Positions 26,312 to 35,870 of a stretch of DNA of 64,000 nucleotides are shown piece after piece. The position numbers and the translations under genes were made by a program. This DNA is from Candidatus Poribacteria bacterium. GTDB lineage: Bacteria; Poribacteria; WGA-4E; WGA-3G. Position 1 is the first letter of the stretch. Each line of letters begins with the position of its first letter. Below the pieces are notes generated by a model. The model searched no databases, was not told the DNA's origin, and worked only from the letters and a program-made list of their open reading frames with translations. The stretch is taken from positions 29,359-93,358 of the forward strand of contig JAPPES010000140.1 in the NCBI GenBank assembly GCA_028824125.1, read 5' to 3'.

Positions 26312-27619
26312 TTAAACAGCCATCTTTCTCAAGATTAACAAAAATTCTGACTTCATGCCATCAGGATTCTTATTCTTTCGCACGCCGAACAGTTGGCGCG
26401 TTTTTATTCTATCTTCATAGACTTTTTCAAATCCGAAACCACGTTCCGTAAAGTATTCTGTCAAGATTCGCCACAACTCAACTGTTATCCCGTCAATACG
26501 TGGATTGCCAACGAAAATACAGGCAGGTGAGTTGGGTTTCAATCGGTTCATTGAATTCTCAAGCGCATTCAACGTATGGCAAAAATAGGAGTCAAGACGC
26601 TTATGTAGGTCTGCAGGGGTGAGTTGATCCCTGACTTTATCCAATGTTGGCGTCCGAATAATGCGATCTGCCTTGCGATACGGAATTTCAAGTCGTGATA
26701 ACTCTTTAATCTCTTCCTCAGTGTGTCCTAACCAAAAGAGATCCATCTTTGTGGAGCGGATATATTCCTGTGCTTGGAGATAGGGCGGTGATGTGATTAA
26801 TGCGTCACATTCGCGTGGTACAGCAACATAAGAGGAATCGACACCTCCTTGAAACTCAACCTGATTTTGATGATGTTGTGTGTGCATCACAAATTCATTA
26901 ATATTTCCTAACGTTTTCAAGGAGTGATCGTAAACTATCTCTATTAACTGGTCTTTCCAATTTTCGCTGAGCAGTTCTTCAATCGCTGCTAATTTACGCT
27001 TAGATCGGGCTAATTTTGGTGTTCTGTGTTCAGTATAAGAGAAGCGTTTGCTCACCTTCAACAGTGCTGATTTTATGATGCCGGAATAGACGTTATCCTC
27101 TATGCTGTAGATATAACCCCAGTATTGCGACAGCAATTCTAAGATTTCAGAGGCGTACCAGTATTGGACATTGGACCAGGAGGGAACAAAACGGTGCTTT
27201 TCATTTTCTTGCAGCCCGTCCAACAATTTCAACATAAGTTCTTTACGTAGCCGTTCTTTTCCGCGGTATATCTTCAGCGGCATGATGTGATTCAAGAGTA
27301 GGTTGAGGTCAAGTAGAATCGCATTGCGTTTACACAAGTAAGCCTCAACACCCACAGTCCCTGAACCTGCAAATGGATCCACAATCCAATCATCTTCCTT
27401 TGTGTAGGTGTTAATTGCATATCTGACGACTTGCGGGATAAATTTCGCTGGATAGGATACGATGGCGTGTGTCAAGTAGCCGGTATCTGTGATTTCAGGC
27501 ACTAAATCACGGAATGAGACTAACGTTACGCCCTCAGGTGTTGTGTCCTCTTTTGGCACTTCAAACGCAGTATTTATGGGAAAAAGCGTGAATTGTTCTT
27601 CAAGATTTCGGTTTTTCAT
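26312..27619 (-). CDS. DNA methyltransferase, motif order I...IV (alpha-like), no adjacent nuclease
   Basis: Motif I is WIVDPFAGSGTVGVEAYL at ~aa 80. Motif IV is DALITSPPYLQAQEY at ~aa 275. About 190 aa between them probably form the target-recognition region. Confidence 0.75.
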   Translation of the reverse strand: MKNRNLEEQFTLFPINTAFEVPKEDTTPEGVTLVSFRDLVPEITDTGYLTHAIVSYPAKFIPQVVRYAINTYTKEDDWIVDPFAGSGTVGVEAYLCKRNAILLDLNLLLNHIMPLKIYRGKERLRKELMLKLLDGLQENEKHRFVPSWSNVQYWYASEILELLSQYWGYIYSIEDNVYSGIIKSALLKVSKRFSYTEHRTPKLARSKRKLAAIEELLSENWKDQLIEIVYDHSLKTLGNINEFVMHTQHHQNQVEFQGGVDSSYVAVPRECDALITSPPYLQAQEYIRSTKMDLFWLGHTEEEIKELSRLEIPYRKADRIIRTPTLDKVRDQLTPADLHKRLDSYFCHTLNALENSMNRLKPNSPACIFVGNPRIDGITVELWRILTEYFTERGFGFEKVYEDRIKTRQLFGVRKNKNPDGMKSEFLLILRKMAV

Positions 27620-27673
27620 CAGCGGATTATGAGGTTTGTAGAGAAAGTTTGGCTTACGCGCTGTGTCAAAAGA

Positions 27674-28876
27674 CTATTCTGATTCTTCTCCCACTTCTTT
27701 CGCGTTTTCAATTTCTTCCTCAGTCAATTGGAAGTCGAACACATCTTCCCCTTCATCAACAGTTTCTGTTTCTGTATCAGGCGGAGTAACCTGCTGCACC
27801 TCATCTGCAGGTTGTGCCGCATCTTCCTGGGTTTCAAGTTTAGGCGCAGTCGCACCGAGGATTGTCAATCCCACAATTGCTACAACACAAACACTTGTGA
27901 CCGTCATTGCAATTGGGCGTTTCCAAAGAACTTTGCGCTCGCTTCTGTCTAAGAAAGGCAAGAATAACAGTAGCAACATCCCGACAGTCGGGATAACAAA
28001 CGTCCCAAGTATTTCAAAGGGACCTTGGAAGTATTTGAGCAGTTGAAACAGGAAAAGGAAATACCATTCGGGACGCGGATCGTAATCGGCATTGGTTGGG
28101 TCTGCCACATCTTCAAGCGGAACAGGTGCGAACAATGCCGCGCAGGCGAGGACCACAAAGAGAATTAGCATGCCGACAACATCTTCAAATACCTGATCCG
28201 GATAAAACGGTTTTCCCGTTTTCATATCCTCTGGTGTGTTTTTCAGCGTGCCAGAAGAACCGTAGAATCGGACAAGGAAAAGGTGCAGACCGACCAAACC
28301 GAAAGCCAACCATGGCAACCAAATCGTGTGGAGTGCATAAAACCGAGATAGCGTCACTGCGCCGACCTCTGCACCGCCACGCATGACCTTTGCGACTACA
28401 TCACCCAACACAGGCGCAGTGCTTGAGATTTCAATCCCGACAACCGTTGCCCAATACGCTTTTTCATCCCAAGGTAACAAATAACCTGTAAATCCAAAAC
28501 CGAGCGTAACCAATAGGAGCAGAACGCCGACAACCCAGGTGAGTTCACGCGGTGCCTTGTATGATCCGTAAAGCACAACGCGGAGTATATGTAGAAACAC
28601 AATGATAACCATCGCGCTGGCACCCCAATGGTGCAAACCGCGCACAAAGTTACCGAACGGCACTTCTTTGCTGATATACTGGACTGCATTATGGGCGTGG
28701 TCTGGAGAAGGAGAATAGGATAACGCCAAAAATGCCCCCGTTGCTGCTTGAAGTAGCAGCAGAAACATTGCCAAACTACCCAGTGAGAAAAGCAGGTTGA
28801 TATGTTTCGGCAACGGTTTGCGTAAATGCGCCATCACCTCGCCTAATGGGAGGCGATCATTGAGGAATTGCTTCAT
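27674..28876 (-). CDS. Cytochrome b (fused b6 + subunit IV type) with acidic C-terminal tail
   Basis: Multiple TM helices carry the haem-ligand contexts RGLHHWGASAMV and FYALHTIWLP. The tail is acidic (EDAAQPADE...EEEIENAKEVGEESE). The gene sits directly downstream of the Rieske gene. Confidence 0.85.
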   Translation of the reverse strand: MKQFLNDRLPLGEVMAHLRKPLPKHINLLFSLGSLAMFLLLLQAATGAFLALSYSPSPDHAHNAVQYISKEVPFGNFVRGLHHWGASAMVIIVFLHILRVVLYGSYKAPRELTWVVGVLLLLVTLGFGFTGYLLPWDEKAYWATVVGIEISSTAPVLGDVVAKVMRGGAEVGAVTLSRFYALHTIWLPWLAFGLVGLHLFLVRFYGSSGTLKNTPEDMKTGKPFYPDQVFEDVVGMLILFVVLACAALFAPVPLEDVADPTNADYDPRPEWYFLFLFQLLKYFQGPFEILGTFVIPTVGMLLLLFLPFLDRSERKVLWKRPIAMTVTSVCVVAIVGLTILGATAPKLETQEDAAQPADEVQQVTPPDTETETVDEGEDVFDFQLTEEEIENAKEVGEESE

Positions 28877-29344
28877 TTAACTCTCCTTCACATATAAAAG
28901 ACCGTTTTCTACTTTGACTTCAAGTTTCTGCAAAGGTTCCGGCGGTGGCCCAGCAACAACGGCTCCAGTCTTATCAAACACAGCACCGTGGCACGGGCAG
29001 AGGAACGATTCCTTGCTCTCGTCCCATCGGACAAGGCAACCGAGATGTGAACATGTCCGTGAAAAGACGCTCCATGCTCCGTTACCGGCATCTGTCACGT
29101 AAACAGAACGTTTTTTCGCGGCTTTCACCCAACCATCTTTCGCTGTAAATGTATAATTGACTTTCTTAAAACGACTGTTTTTGAGACGGTCTACTGTGCC
29201 AACGTCAACCCATTGCGATTCACCTTTTTTCCACGCGGGCGAGATCGCAAATCCGATTAACGGAATACCGGCAGCTAAACTCACTAATCCACCGATACAA
29301 GCGGTGGCGATTTGTAAAAAAGAGCGTCTACCCTCTTTTGACAT
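28877..29344 (-). CDS. Rieske [2Fe-2S] protein
   Basis: A Tat-like N-terminus (GRRSFLQ) is present. The cluster boxes are CSHLGCLV and CPCHGAVF. Confidence 0.9.
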   Translation of the reverse strand: MSKEGRRSFLQIATACIGGLVSLAAGIPLIGFAISPAWKKGESQWVDVGTVDRLKNSRFKKVNYTFTAKDGWVKAAKKRSVYVTDAGNGAWSVFSRTCSHLGCLVRWDESKESFLCPCHGAVFDKTGAVVAGPPPEPLQKLEVKVENGLLYVKES

Positions 29345-29439
29345 CCTAATTCTCCTCTATTACAATATAAGCGGATTTTCAGAGTATAAAACCTTCTACA
29401 ATCGGGGTTGAAAACCCCTCCTACAAGAAAGAAAACGCG

Positions 29440-30507
29440 TTATCTCTTACGGGTTTGTCCTTCAAATGGCGTACGCAGATCGTATTTACCCTCTTCCAAG
29501 ACAGGAAGTGTGCCATCGTCAACCATCAACTCCAGCGGCAATTCTTTGGTTTCTAACGGCATGTTGACGACATTTTTAATCCGTAAAGACTCATAAATCG
29601 CCATCATAATTTCGATGGTGTATCGGGCTTGTTCTCCTCTACCACGATGGGTTGGGATTTTACCTTCTATCCATTCAATTAGTTCTTGAAATTGGTTTTT
29701 GGGTTCAGGTGGTGGTGTAATTGTCTGCCAACCTTTAGCATCTCCGTTTTGAAGCAGCACTGTTCCGTTATCGCCATTGCGAATTTGTCCCTCTGTGCCA
29801 GCGATTCTGGGCATAGAAACCCCGGGATCGGGTAAGTCACCTTCATAGATAGCACGTGCGCCGCCTTCAAAGCAGACTAATCCCATACAGAGGTCTTCAC
29901 AGATTGTGCGCCGTTCCCACCGATCAGTAGTGCGGGAAGTTTGTCCAATCACCCACAGTGTTTCTGGATCGGACAACAGATAACGCCAACCATCAATCGC
30001 GTGTGTACCTGTGTTGAGTAGACCTGCATGTGCTTTTGCACGATGATGGAGTGTTGTTGGTTGACCGATCGCACCTGCAGCAACAAGTCTACGAATTTCT
30101 GTGTTCTGCGCACTGTATCTGCCTTGGTGTCCAATGACAAGTTTGACATCATTTTGCTCACAAGCAGCAATCATGTCATCTGCCTGACCAAGCGAAGCAG
30201 ACATCGGTTTTTCACCGATAATTCCTTTCACGCCAGCTTTCGCTGCAGCAACTGTGGCTTCAGCACGCGGTCCCTGCCACGTTGTGATGCTAACAATGTC
30301 CAAATCCTCTTTTGCTAACATCTCATCAACATCGGTGTAGATGGCAGGTATACTGTATTCATCCGCTGTTCGTTTTGCGGATTCTTCGTAGATATCCATC
30401 GCTGCTACGACTTCAGCATTCTCTTGTTTTTGCCATGCTCTTGAATGGGACCTACCCATGCCGCCGCACCCGATGATTCCAATACGATATGTTTGATCCG
30501 TTGCCAT
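29440..30507 (-). CDS. Gfo/Idh/MocA-family oxidoreductase
   Basis: The N-terminal Rossmann motif is IGIIGCGGMGRSH. The EKP motif is GIIGEKPM. Confidence 0.85.
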   Translation of the reverse strand: MATDQTYRIGIIGCGGMGRSHSRAWQKQENAEVVAAMDIYEESAKRTADEYSIPAIYTDVDEMLAKEDLDIVSITTWQGPRAEATVAAAKAGVKGIIGEKPMSASLGQADDMIAACEQNDVKLVIGHQGRYSAQNTEIRRLVAAGAIGQPTTLHHRAKAHAGLLNTGTHAIDGWRYLLSDPETLWVIGQTSRTTDRWERRTICEDLCMGLVCFEGGARAIYEGDLPDPGVSMPRIAGTEGQIRNGDNGTVLLQNGDAKGWQTITPPPEPKNQFQELIEWIEGKIPTHRGRGEQARYTIEIMMAIYESLRIKNVVNMPLETKELPLELMVDDGTLPVLEEGKYDLRTPFEGQTRKR

Positions 30508-30682
30508 AATTTAGTCTCCTTGATTTGATTGAGCATTCGGTCATATAGGTTAATGTATCAATTTCTGCCGTTTTCGTCAACAGATTTCATGTTCACTTTT
30601 ACCAATGCTTTTACAGGGTTATTTAGTTCTCGATTTTTCTGGTATATTTTTCACATTTTCATATAAACTAATACGTATGCAA

Positions 30683-30754
30683 AGTAGTAGGCACACGCCG
30701 TGTGCCGTCCACCCAAGATGTAAAGCGGACGGCACGCGGAGCGTGCCTGCTACC
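30683..30754. repeat. Family B hairpin repeat (gtaggcacacgccgtgtgccgtcc ... ggacggcacgcggagcgtgcctgctac)
   Basis: This is a long imperfect palindrome. Related half-sites occur at 32015-32045, 44056-44090, 40305-40378 and 56409-56482. Confidence 0.8.
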
Positions 30755-30874
30755 TTTAAATCAACGTTTAAGTTCACATAAGGGGAGAGCACAAGCAAAA
30801 CCCGACGGACGATATAACTATCAGTCCTACTCATTAACTGGGAATTCTTAAAACTAAATAACCCTGATGTCAAT

Positions 30875-30903
30875 TTGCTTTTAATGTGCATTCAGCGTAT
30901 AAT
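30875..30903 (+). promoter_or_regulatory. Putative sigma70-type promoter (TTGCTT-17-TATAAT)
   Basis: The -35 ttgctt is at 30875-30880 and the -10 tataat at 30898-30903, with a 17-nt spacer. The promoter lies ~70 nt upstream of the 30974 start. Confidence 0.45.
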
Positions 30904-30973
30904 AGCAATTGTAATGATAGGGGAATTCTACCCTACGTAAGAATATACGGAATTATACTTAAAGGAGAACAAG

Positions 30974-32014
30974 ATGTACAAATGTGCAATTTTAGGCTGC
31001 CGTGGACGCGCCCGCGCCCATGCACGAGCGTATGACACCGTCAAAGGTGGAAAACTCACCGCTATCTGTGATATGAAGGAAGACCTGCTCAACGGGTTCG
31101 GTGACGAATTCGATATAGATGCTCGCTATACTGACTTTGATGAAATGCTTTCTAAGGAAAAACCCGATCTATTACATATCGTGACCGCCCCCGTTTTGCG
31201 CGGCACAAATGAGAGGATTCGGTATCCGTTATTGAATCAAGCATCAGAGTACGGTGTTCCGGCAGTGATTATTGAAAAACCGATCGCTGTGGAGAGCGAA
31301 GACTGGCGGCAAATCTATGAACTCTCCAAACGCACCCAAACAAAAATTGCTATCAATACACAACTCAACTTTCATCCTAAAAACCTCGAATTGAAACGGG
31401 ATGTCGCAGAAGGCAAAATCGGTGCAATTAAATTTATTGAAGCAAGCGCACGCAACCCACCCGTAGACCAAGCACCTCACGTACTTCAGTTAGTCTCATC
31501 CTATATTGACAACTCCCAACCCGCAAAGGTCCTGGGACAGATTGCTGGTGCTGGTAATTTGGATGGAGCACAACCTTCTCCTGCAAACGCTACAGGGTTA
31601 GTTACTTACGAAAACGGCGTGCAAGCTTCAGTCGCTTTCGGACCAGAGATGGCACCACGTGTGAGCCAAGGAACCGGGAATAATCAGCACAAACGCGTCT
31701 GTGTTTTTGGTGAAAAAGGGTTTGTCCATTGGCGTTTTAGTAGTTGGGAACGTTACACGCCAGAAGGCGGTTATGAAGGGGGTCCCCTCGGTTACGGCAA
31801 CCAAAATTCATCTTCACAAACCAATTTAACAGAGGCGATGTTTGATTGGCTTGACGATGACAACAAAGTTCACCCGACAAGTCTACCGCAATCCCTTGCA
31901 GAATTCAACCTGCTTCTCGGTATCTACTATAGCGGTTTGAGTAACACTGTGATTGAATTACCTTTTGACCCACCAGACGGACTAATGGACATGTTCAGAG
32001 AACAGCTTAAATAG
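30974..32014 (+). CDS. Gfo/Idh/MocA-family oxidoreductase
   Basis: Motifs are CAILGCRGRARAHARAY and VIIEKPIA. A GGAGAA Shine-Dalgarno lies upstream. Confidence 0.8.
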   Translation: MYKCAILGCRGRARAHARAYDTVKGGKLTAICDMKEDLLNGFGDEFDIDARYTDFDEMLSKEKPDLLHIVTAPVLRGTNERIRYPLLNQASEYGVPAVIIEKPIAVESEDWRQIYELSKRTQTKIAINTQLNFHPKNLELKRDVAEGKIGAIKFIEASARNPPVDQAPHVLQLVSSYIDNSQPAKVLGQIAGAGNLDGAQPSPANATGLVTYENGVQASVAFGPEMAPRVSQGTGNNQHKRVCVFGEKGFVHWRFSSWERYTPEGGYEGGPLGYGNQNSSSQTNLTEAMFDWLDDDNKVHPTSLPQSLAEFNLLLGIYYSGLSNTVIELPFDPPDGLMDMFREQLK

Positions 32015-32200
32015 TAGTAGGCACACTCCGCTGTGCCGTTCACCTGAAGGTATAAAAATGAGTAGGCGCGCTTATATGAAGTTTAAGAAAGAAATCGGTC
32101 CTTTGGCGAGGTTAGGAAACATCGCCAGCAGGGGGCACCTGCATTGGACAGAAAATTACAGAATTAAAAAATTAATCCTCATGTAAGCGCGCCTACAGTA
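32015..32200. repeat. Composite repeat (family B half-site + inverted repeat flanking a family C core)
   Basis: The family B half-site gtagtaggcacactccgctgtgccgtt starts at the stop codon. The inverted repeat gagtaggcgcgcttatatgaag (32060-) / cctcatgtaagcgcgcctacag (-32198) encloses aatcggtcctttggcgaggttaggaaacatcgcc. Confidence 0.75.
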
Positions 32201-32217
32201 GAAAGTAGAACTATCCC

Positions 32218-33372
32218 ATGAATGACGTCATCTACATGGACAACCATGCCACAACACCGATTGCTCCTGAAGTGTTAGATGCAATGTTGCCATATCTAAC
32301 GACACACTTCGGAAATGCCGCCAGCATGCATCCGTTTGGCGTTGCTGCCAAGAACGCAGTGGACAAAGCGCGACATCAAGTTGCCAATCTGCTCAGTTGT
32401 TTACCAGAAGAGATAATCTTTACAAGTGGGGCAACAGAATCGGACAACCTTGCCATCAGAGGTGCTGCATACACCAATAAAGATAAGGGAAATCACATTA
32501 TCACAAGCACTGCCGAACACCACGCTGTGCTTGATACATGTCACGCCTTAGACACAGAGGGTTTTGAAACCACATATCTGCCTGTGGACAGATACGGAAT
32601 GGTCCATCCTGACGAAGTAGAAGCCGCTATTACCCCGAAAACTATTTTAATAAGTTTCATGTACGCCAATAACGAAGTCGGCACTATCAACCCGATTCGT
32701 GAAATAGCCGATATTGCTTCAAAGTACGGTATCCTGTTTCATTCGGATGCGGTGCAAGGCATCGGCAAACTTGAATCAAATATGGATGGATTAGGGCTTG
32801 ATATGGCATCAATTACCGCACATAAGATTTATGGCCCGAAAGGTATTGGTGCACTTTACGTTCGAAGTGGAAAACAGTTAGCCCCGCTTTTCTATGGCGG
32901 CGGACAGGAGGCAGGAATCCGCCCAGGGACACTGAATGTGGCAGGCATTGTCGGTTTAGGGGCAGCCTGTAAAACGTGTCAAAATGCGATGGAGATGAAA
33001 ACGGAAGAAAAAGTAGTTGGACCTTTACGTGATGCACTGCACCAGAAATTAGCATTACAGTTATCGGATATTTATCTCAACGGTCATCCTGAAAAACGTT
33101 TGTTGGGAAACCTAAATCTATGTTTCGCGGGGGCACAAAGCCATGCACTTTTAGCAGGGCTCAAGCGTGTTGCGGTGTCAACAGGTTCAGCGTGTGATTC
33201 CGAATCTGTTACGCCATCACACGTATTAGTGGCAATGGGTATTCCGAATGATCTGGCGTTGACCACTATCCGTTTCGGTTTAGGACGTTACAACACGGCG
33301 GAAGAAGTTCGCATCGTTGCAGAAGAAGTCATAAAAGTAGTTAATCGGTTACGTGCCTTAGCACCCGAATAG
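32218..33372 (+). CDS. Cysteine desulfurase (class V aminotransferase, NifS/IscS-like)
   Basis: The PLP-lysine context is SITAHKIYGPKG. The active-site Cys loop is STGSACDS. The N-terminus is IYMDNHATTP. Confidence 0.9.
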   Translation: MNDVIYMDNHATTPIAPEVLDAMLPYLTTHFGNAASMHPFGVAAKNAVDKARHQVANLLSCLPEEIIFTSGATESDNLAIRGAAYTNKDKGNHIITSTAEHHAVLDTCHALDTEGFETTYLPVDRYGMVHPDEVEAAITPKTILISFMYANNEVGTINPIREIADIASKYGILFHSDAVQGIGKLESNMDGLGLDMASITAHKIYGPKGIGALYVRSGKQLAPLFYGGGQEAGIRPGTLNVAGIVGLGAACKTCQNAMEMKTEEKVVGPLRDALHQKLALQLSDIYLNGHPEKRLLGNLNLCFAGAQSHALLAGLKRVAVSTGSACDSESVTPSHVLVAMGIPNDLALTTIRFGLGRYNTAEEVRIVAEEVIKVVNRLRALAPE

Positions 33373-33508
33373 CAAGAGGTAATACTATATGGCAATCTTC
33401 CTGAAAATGTGTTATTCTTTTAATCAATAGATTACCATATCGGATACTGTCAGCAGAACAAACAAAACTGAATATCACGAAGTCGAGACTATAACATAGG
33501 AAACACGC

Positions 33509-34078
33509 ATGTCATCAGTTGCAGCCCAAACCTACTTAACTCCCAAGGAATACCTCATTACTGAACGGAAGGCGACACTCAAAAGCGAATACCTGAGCGG
33601 AGAGATTGTCGCAATGTCCGGTGCAAGTCATGAACATAATCTTATTACAGTGAATACTGTAAACGGTCTATATAACCAATTAGCTGATCAAGGATGTAGA
33701 GTCTACGCCAGCGATATGCGTGTCGGAATTAGCGCAGGAGACTCGTACTTCTATCCAGATGTTACTGTTGTTTGTGAAAAACCCCGCTTTGAAGATAACG
33801 AATTCGACACACTTATCAATCCAATAGTTGTAATAGAGGTGCTTTCTCAGTCAACTGAGACGTATGACAAAGGCGAGAAATTTAGGCGTTATCAGCAATT
33901 GGAGTCATTACAAGAATACATATTTATTTCACAAGATCATATTAGAGTTGAACGCCATCACCGTCAGGGCAAAAATTGGGTATCCAGCGAATTGACTACC
34001 TTTGAAGATACGCTTAAACTCATATCGGTTGATGCCGAACTTTCTTTGCAGCAGATCTACAGATTTATTGAACTATAA
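33509..34078 (+). CDS. Uma2-family (DUF820) putative endonuclease
   Basis: Family pattern: EYLSGEIVAMSGASHEHNLI, YASDMRV, YPDVTVVC, PIVVIEVLSQST (PD-(D/E)xK-like). Confidence 0.75.
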   Translation: MSSVAAQTYLTPKEYLITERKATLKSEYLSGEIVAMSGASHEHNLITVNTVNGLYNQLADQGCRVYASDMRVGISAGDSYFYPDVTVVCEKPRFEDNEFDTLINPIVVIEVLSQSTETYDKGEKFRRYQQLESLQEYIFISQDHIRVERHHRQGKNWVSSELTTFEDTLKLISVDAELSLQQIYRFIEL

Positions 34079-34102
34079 ATTGAAAAGCGCCTTACGCTAC
34101 AA

Positions 34103-34999
34103 TTATTCAGAGTCCAGCCTCACAATCGCAATTCCTTGTTCACCAGCCACAGAATAGAGGAGCCAGGTTTCTCCATCCTCACAAAAGATCTCTGGGTCGC
34201 GGAGTTGATGCACCCGTTCCCGGTCAAGCCCATTCGTTGAAGGCACAATCGGGACATCCACACCTTCAAAATCGTATTTCGGCGCAATAACTTCTACTGG
34301 CGGAGATGCATGCCAATCATTCCAATTTTCCGTAAGCGCTACTGTGCTTTTTAAAATGCGTTCCGGCGTGCCACCATAAAGCGAATAATAAACAGTTAAC
34401 GTATCTCCTACAAGGTAATTAGCAGTGTGACGCGGGGTGCCATCTCTGCCTTTCCCCGGTTCCCCAGGAAAGAGAGGAGCATCACGTCTTTCAAACACAG
34501 TTGTCCATTCAGCAGTTTTTCCGCGGTTCAGCAGATTGTGATTCGTTGCGTAAGGAAGACCTTTCCACCAAAAGACACGGAAATATGGTCCCTGCTGCTT
34601 CTCTAACGTTTCTGATGCTCTATAATCTATCCCATTGTGAGAAGTTGCCCAACAAGTGGCTTGCCCACCGCGATAATTACCATGAAAATACATGATGAAA
34701 CGTTTGTTATCTTCATCTATATGAACATCAGGCGAAGCGATGTGGTCACACCCTTTAAAGACTGTATTATCACGATGCAGTGTACCGGGACGGTAGACAG
34801 TATAAGGTCCCTCAATTTCATCGGCATAAGCTAAGCGGATGTAGGCACCACGATGATGTGCAAAATAGAGATAGTATTTACCCAACGGATTGTCTACCCA
34901 TTTCGGCACGCGAACAAGCGACGGACCATTAATATTAGAAAATCCGTGTTCTCTATCAATATCGGGCATATCTGGATGAATAAGCAGTGTGCGTTCCAT
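34103..34999 (-). CDS. Hypothetical protein, possibly five-bladed beta-propeller glycoside-hydrolase-like
   Basis: NGPSLVRVPKWVDNPLGKYYLYFAHHRGAYIRLAYADEIEGPY resembles GH43/GH32-clan-like hypothetical proteins. The call is tentative. Confidence 0.4.
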   Translation of the reverse strand: MERTLLIHPDMPDIDREHGFSNINGPSLVRVPKWVDNPLGKYYLYFAHHRGAYIRLAYADEIEGPYTVYRPGTLHRDNTVFKGCDHIASPDVHIDEDNKRFIMYFHGNYRGGQATCWATSHNGIDYRASETLEKQQGPYFRVFWWKGLPYATNHNLLNRGKTAEWTTVFERRDAPLFPGEPGKGRDGTPRHTANYLVGDTLTVYYSLYGGTPERILKSTVALTENWNDWHASPPVEVIAPKYDFEGVDVPIVPSTNGLDRERVHQLRDPEIFCEDGETWLLYSVAGEQGIAIVRLDSE

Positions 35000-35026
35000 A
35001 ATCTCCTTTTAAAATACAATAATTTC

Positions 35027-35842
35027 CTAATCGTGTGTCTGAAAACGATATACCTCTTGTGTATTTTCGGACATGTTCGTCCATATATCTTCTGGGACTT
35101 TTGCGTTGAATATATTTGGGGCATCCGGTGAATGATGAAACCTTCGGAAATAAACGAGAGCAAGCATAGGGCGCCGAGTTTGCGTCCGATTCGGCATCGC
35201 TCGATGCCAGCACCGCATATCACGTACCACGACCGAACCTGCAGGCATAACTAACTGAAAAGAAGGCATTTGTGCAGCGCGAACCTCATCACAGACGTTG
35301 TAAGGCGTATTGCGTACTGCCTCATCATCAATTATGAGATGTGATCCAGGCCAAACCTCTGTAGCACCATTTTCTATCGTAAAATCAACGAGTGGAATAT
35401 TCACAACAATTGTTGAAACAGGCAGCGCAAACGGCAATTCAGGAAAAAGTTGGCCAGAATCTCGATGAATCCATTGTATTTCGTTGCCAGGGGTGGTTGC
35501 GTTGCATCCGTAAGGTAAATAAGCAAATATTTTCTCTCCCATTACAGCTTTCATGATCGGCATCGCAAACGGATTGTCAATGATACGTGCATCCATGAAC
35601 GGCATTTTTAACATCGGGTGTTCGCCATTATGGGTATCTTCTTCCATATCAAGCACTGCTTCCATAGCAGTGTTCACCTCTTCAATCCAATCACGTGGAA
35701 GAACACTCTCAATAACAACTAATCCTGTCTCGCGTAAGAGGCGAGTGGCAGCATCAATGCTCTCTGGTGTCGGTTTGCTTTCAGCGCGCTCCTCTGCAGA
35801 GATTTCTAATTTGGGGATGTTTATTGTTATTCCTGCACTCAC
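35027..35842 (-). CDS. Phytanoyl-CoA dioxygenase (PhyH) family protein
   Basis: The HxD is in QWIHRDSG and the distal His is in RCWHRAMPN. Confidence 0.75.
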   Translation of the reverse strand: MSAGITINIPKLEISAEERAESKPTPESIDAATRLLRETGLVVIESVLPRDWIEEVNTAMEAVLDMEEDTHNGEHPMLKMPFMDARIIDNPFAMPIMKAVMGEKIFAYLPYGCNATTPGNEIQWIHRDSGQLFPELPFALPVSTIVVNIPLVDFTIENGATEVWPGSHLIIDDEAVRNTPYNVCDEVRAAQMPSFQLVMPAGSVVVRDMRCWHRAMPNRTQTRRPMLALVYFRRFHHSPDAPNIFNAKVPEDIWTNMSENTQEVYRFQTHD

Positions 35843-35870
35843 GGGTTAAACTAACCTCTCTATAGTTATT

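Noticed and set aside
27663-28046. Ser-rich 127-aa plus-strand ORF between the MTase and cytochrome b genes.
   Set aside because: It is the antisense reading of the acidic Glu/Asp tail and last TM helices of cytochrome b. It is low-complexity and has no start context.
34853-35223. Small ORFs (92, 109 and 85 aa) around the junction of the 34103-34999 and 35027-35842 genes.
   Set aside because: They overlap the 5' end of one real gene and the 3' end of another in other frames. They have no motifs and odd composition.
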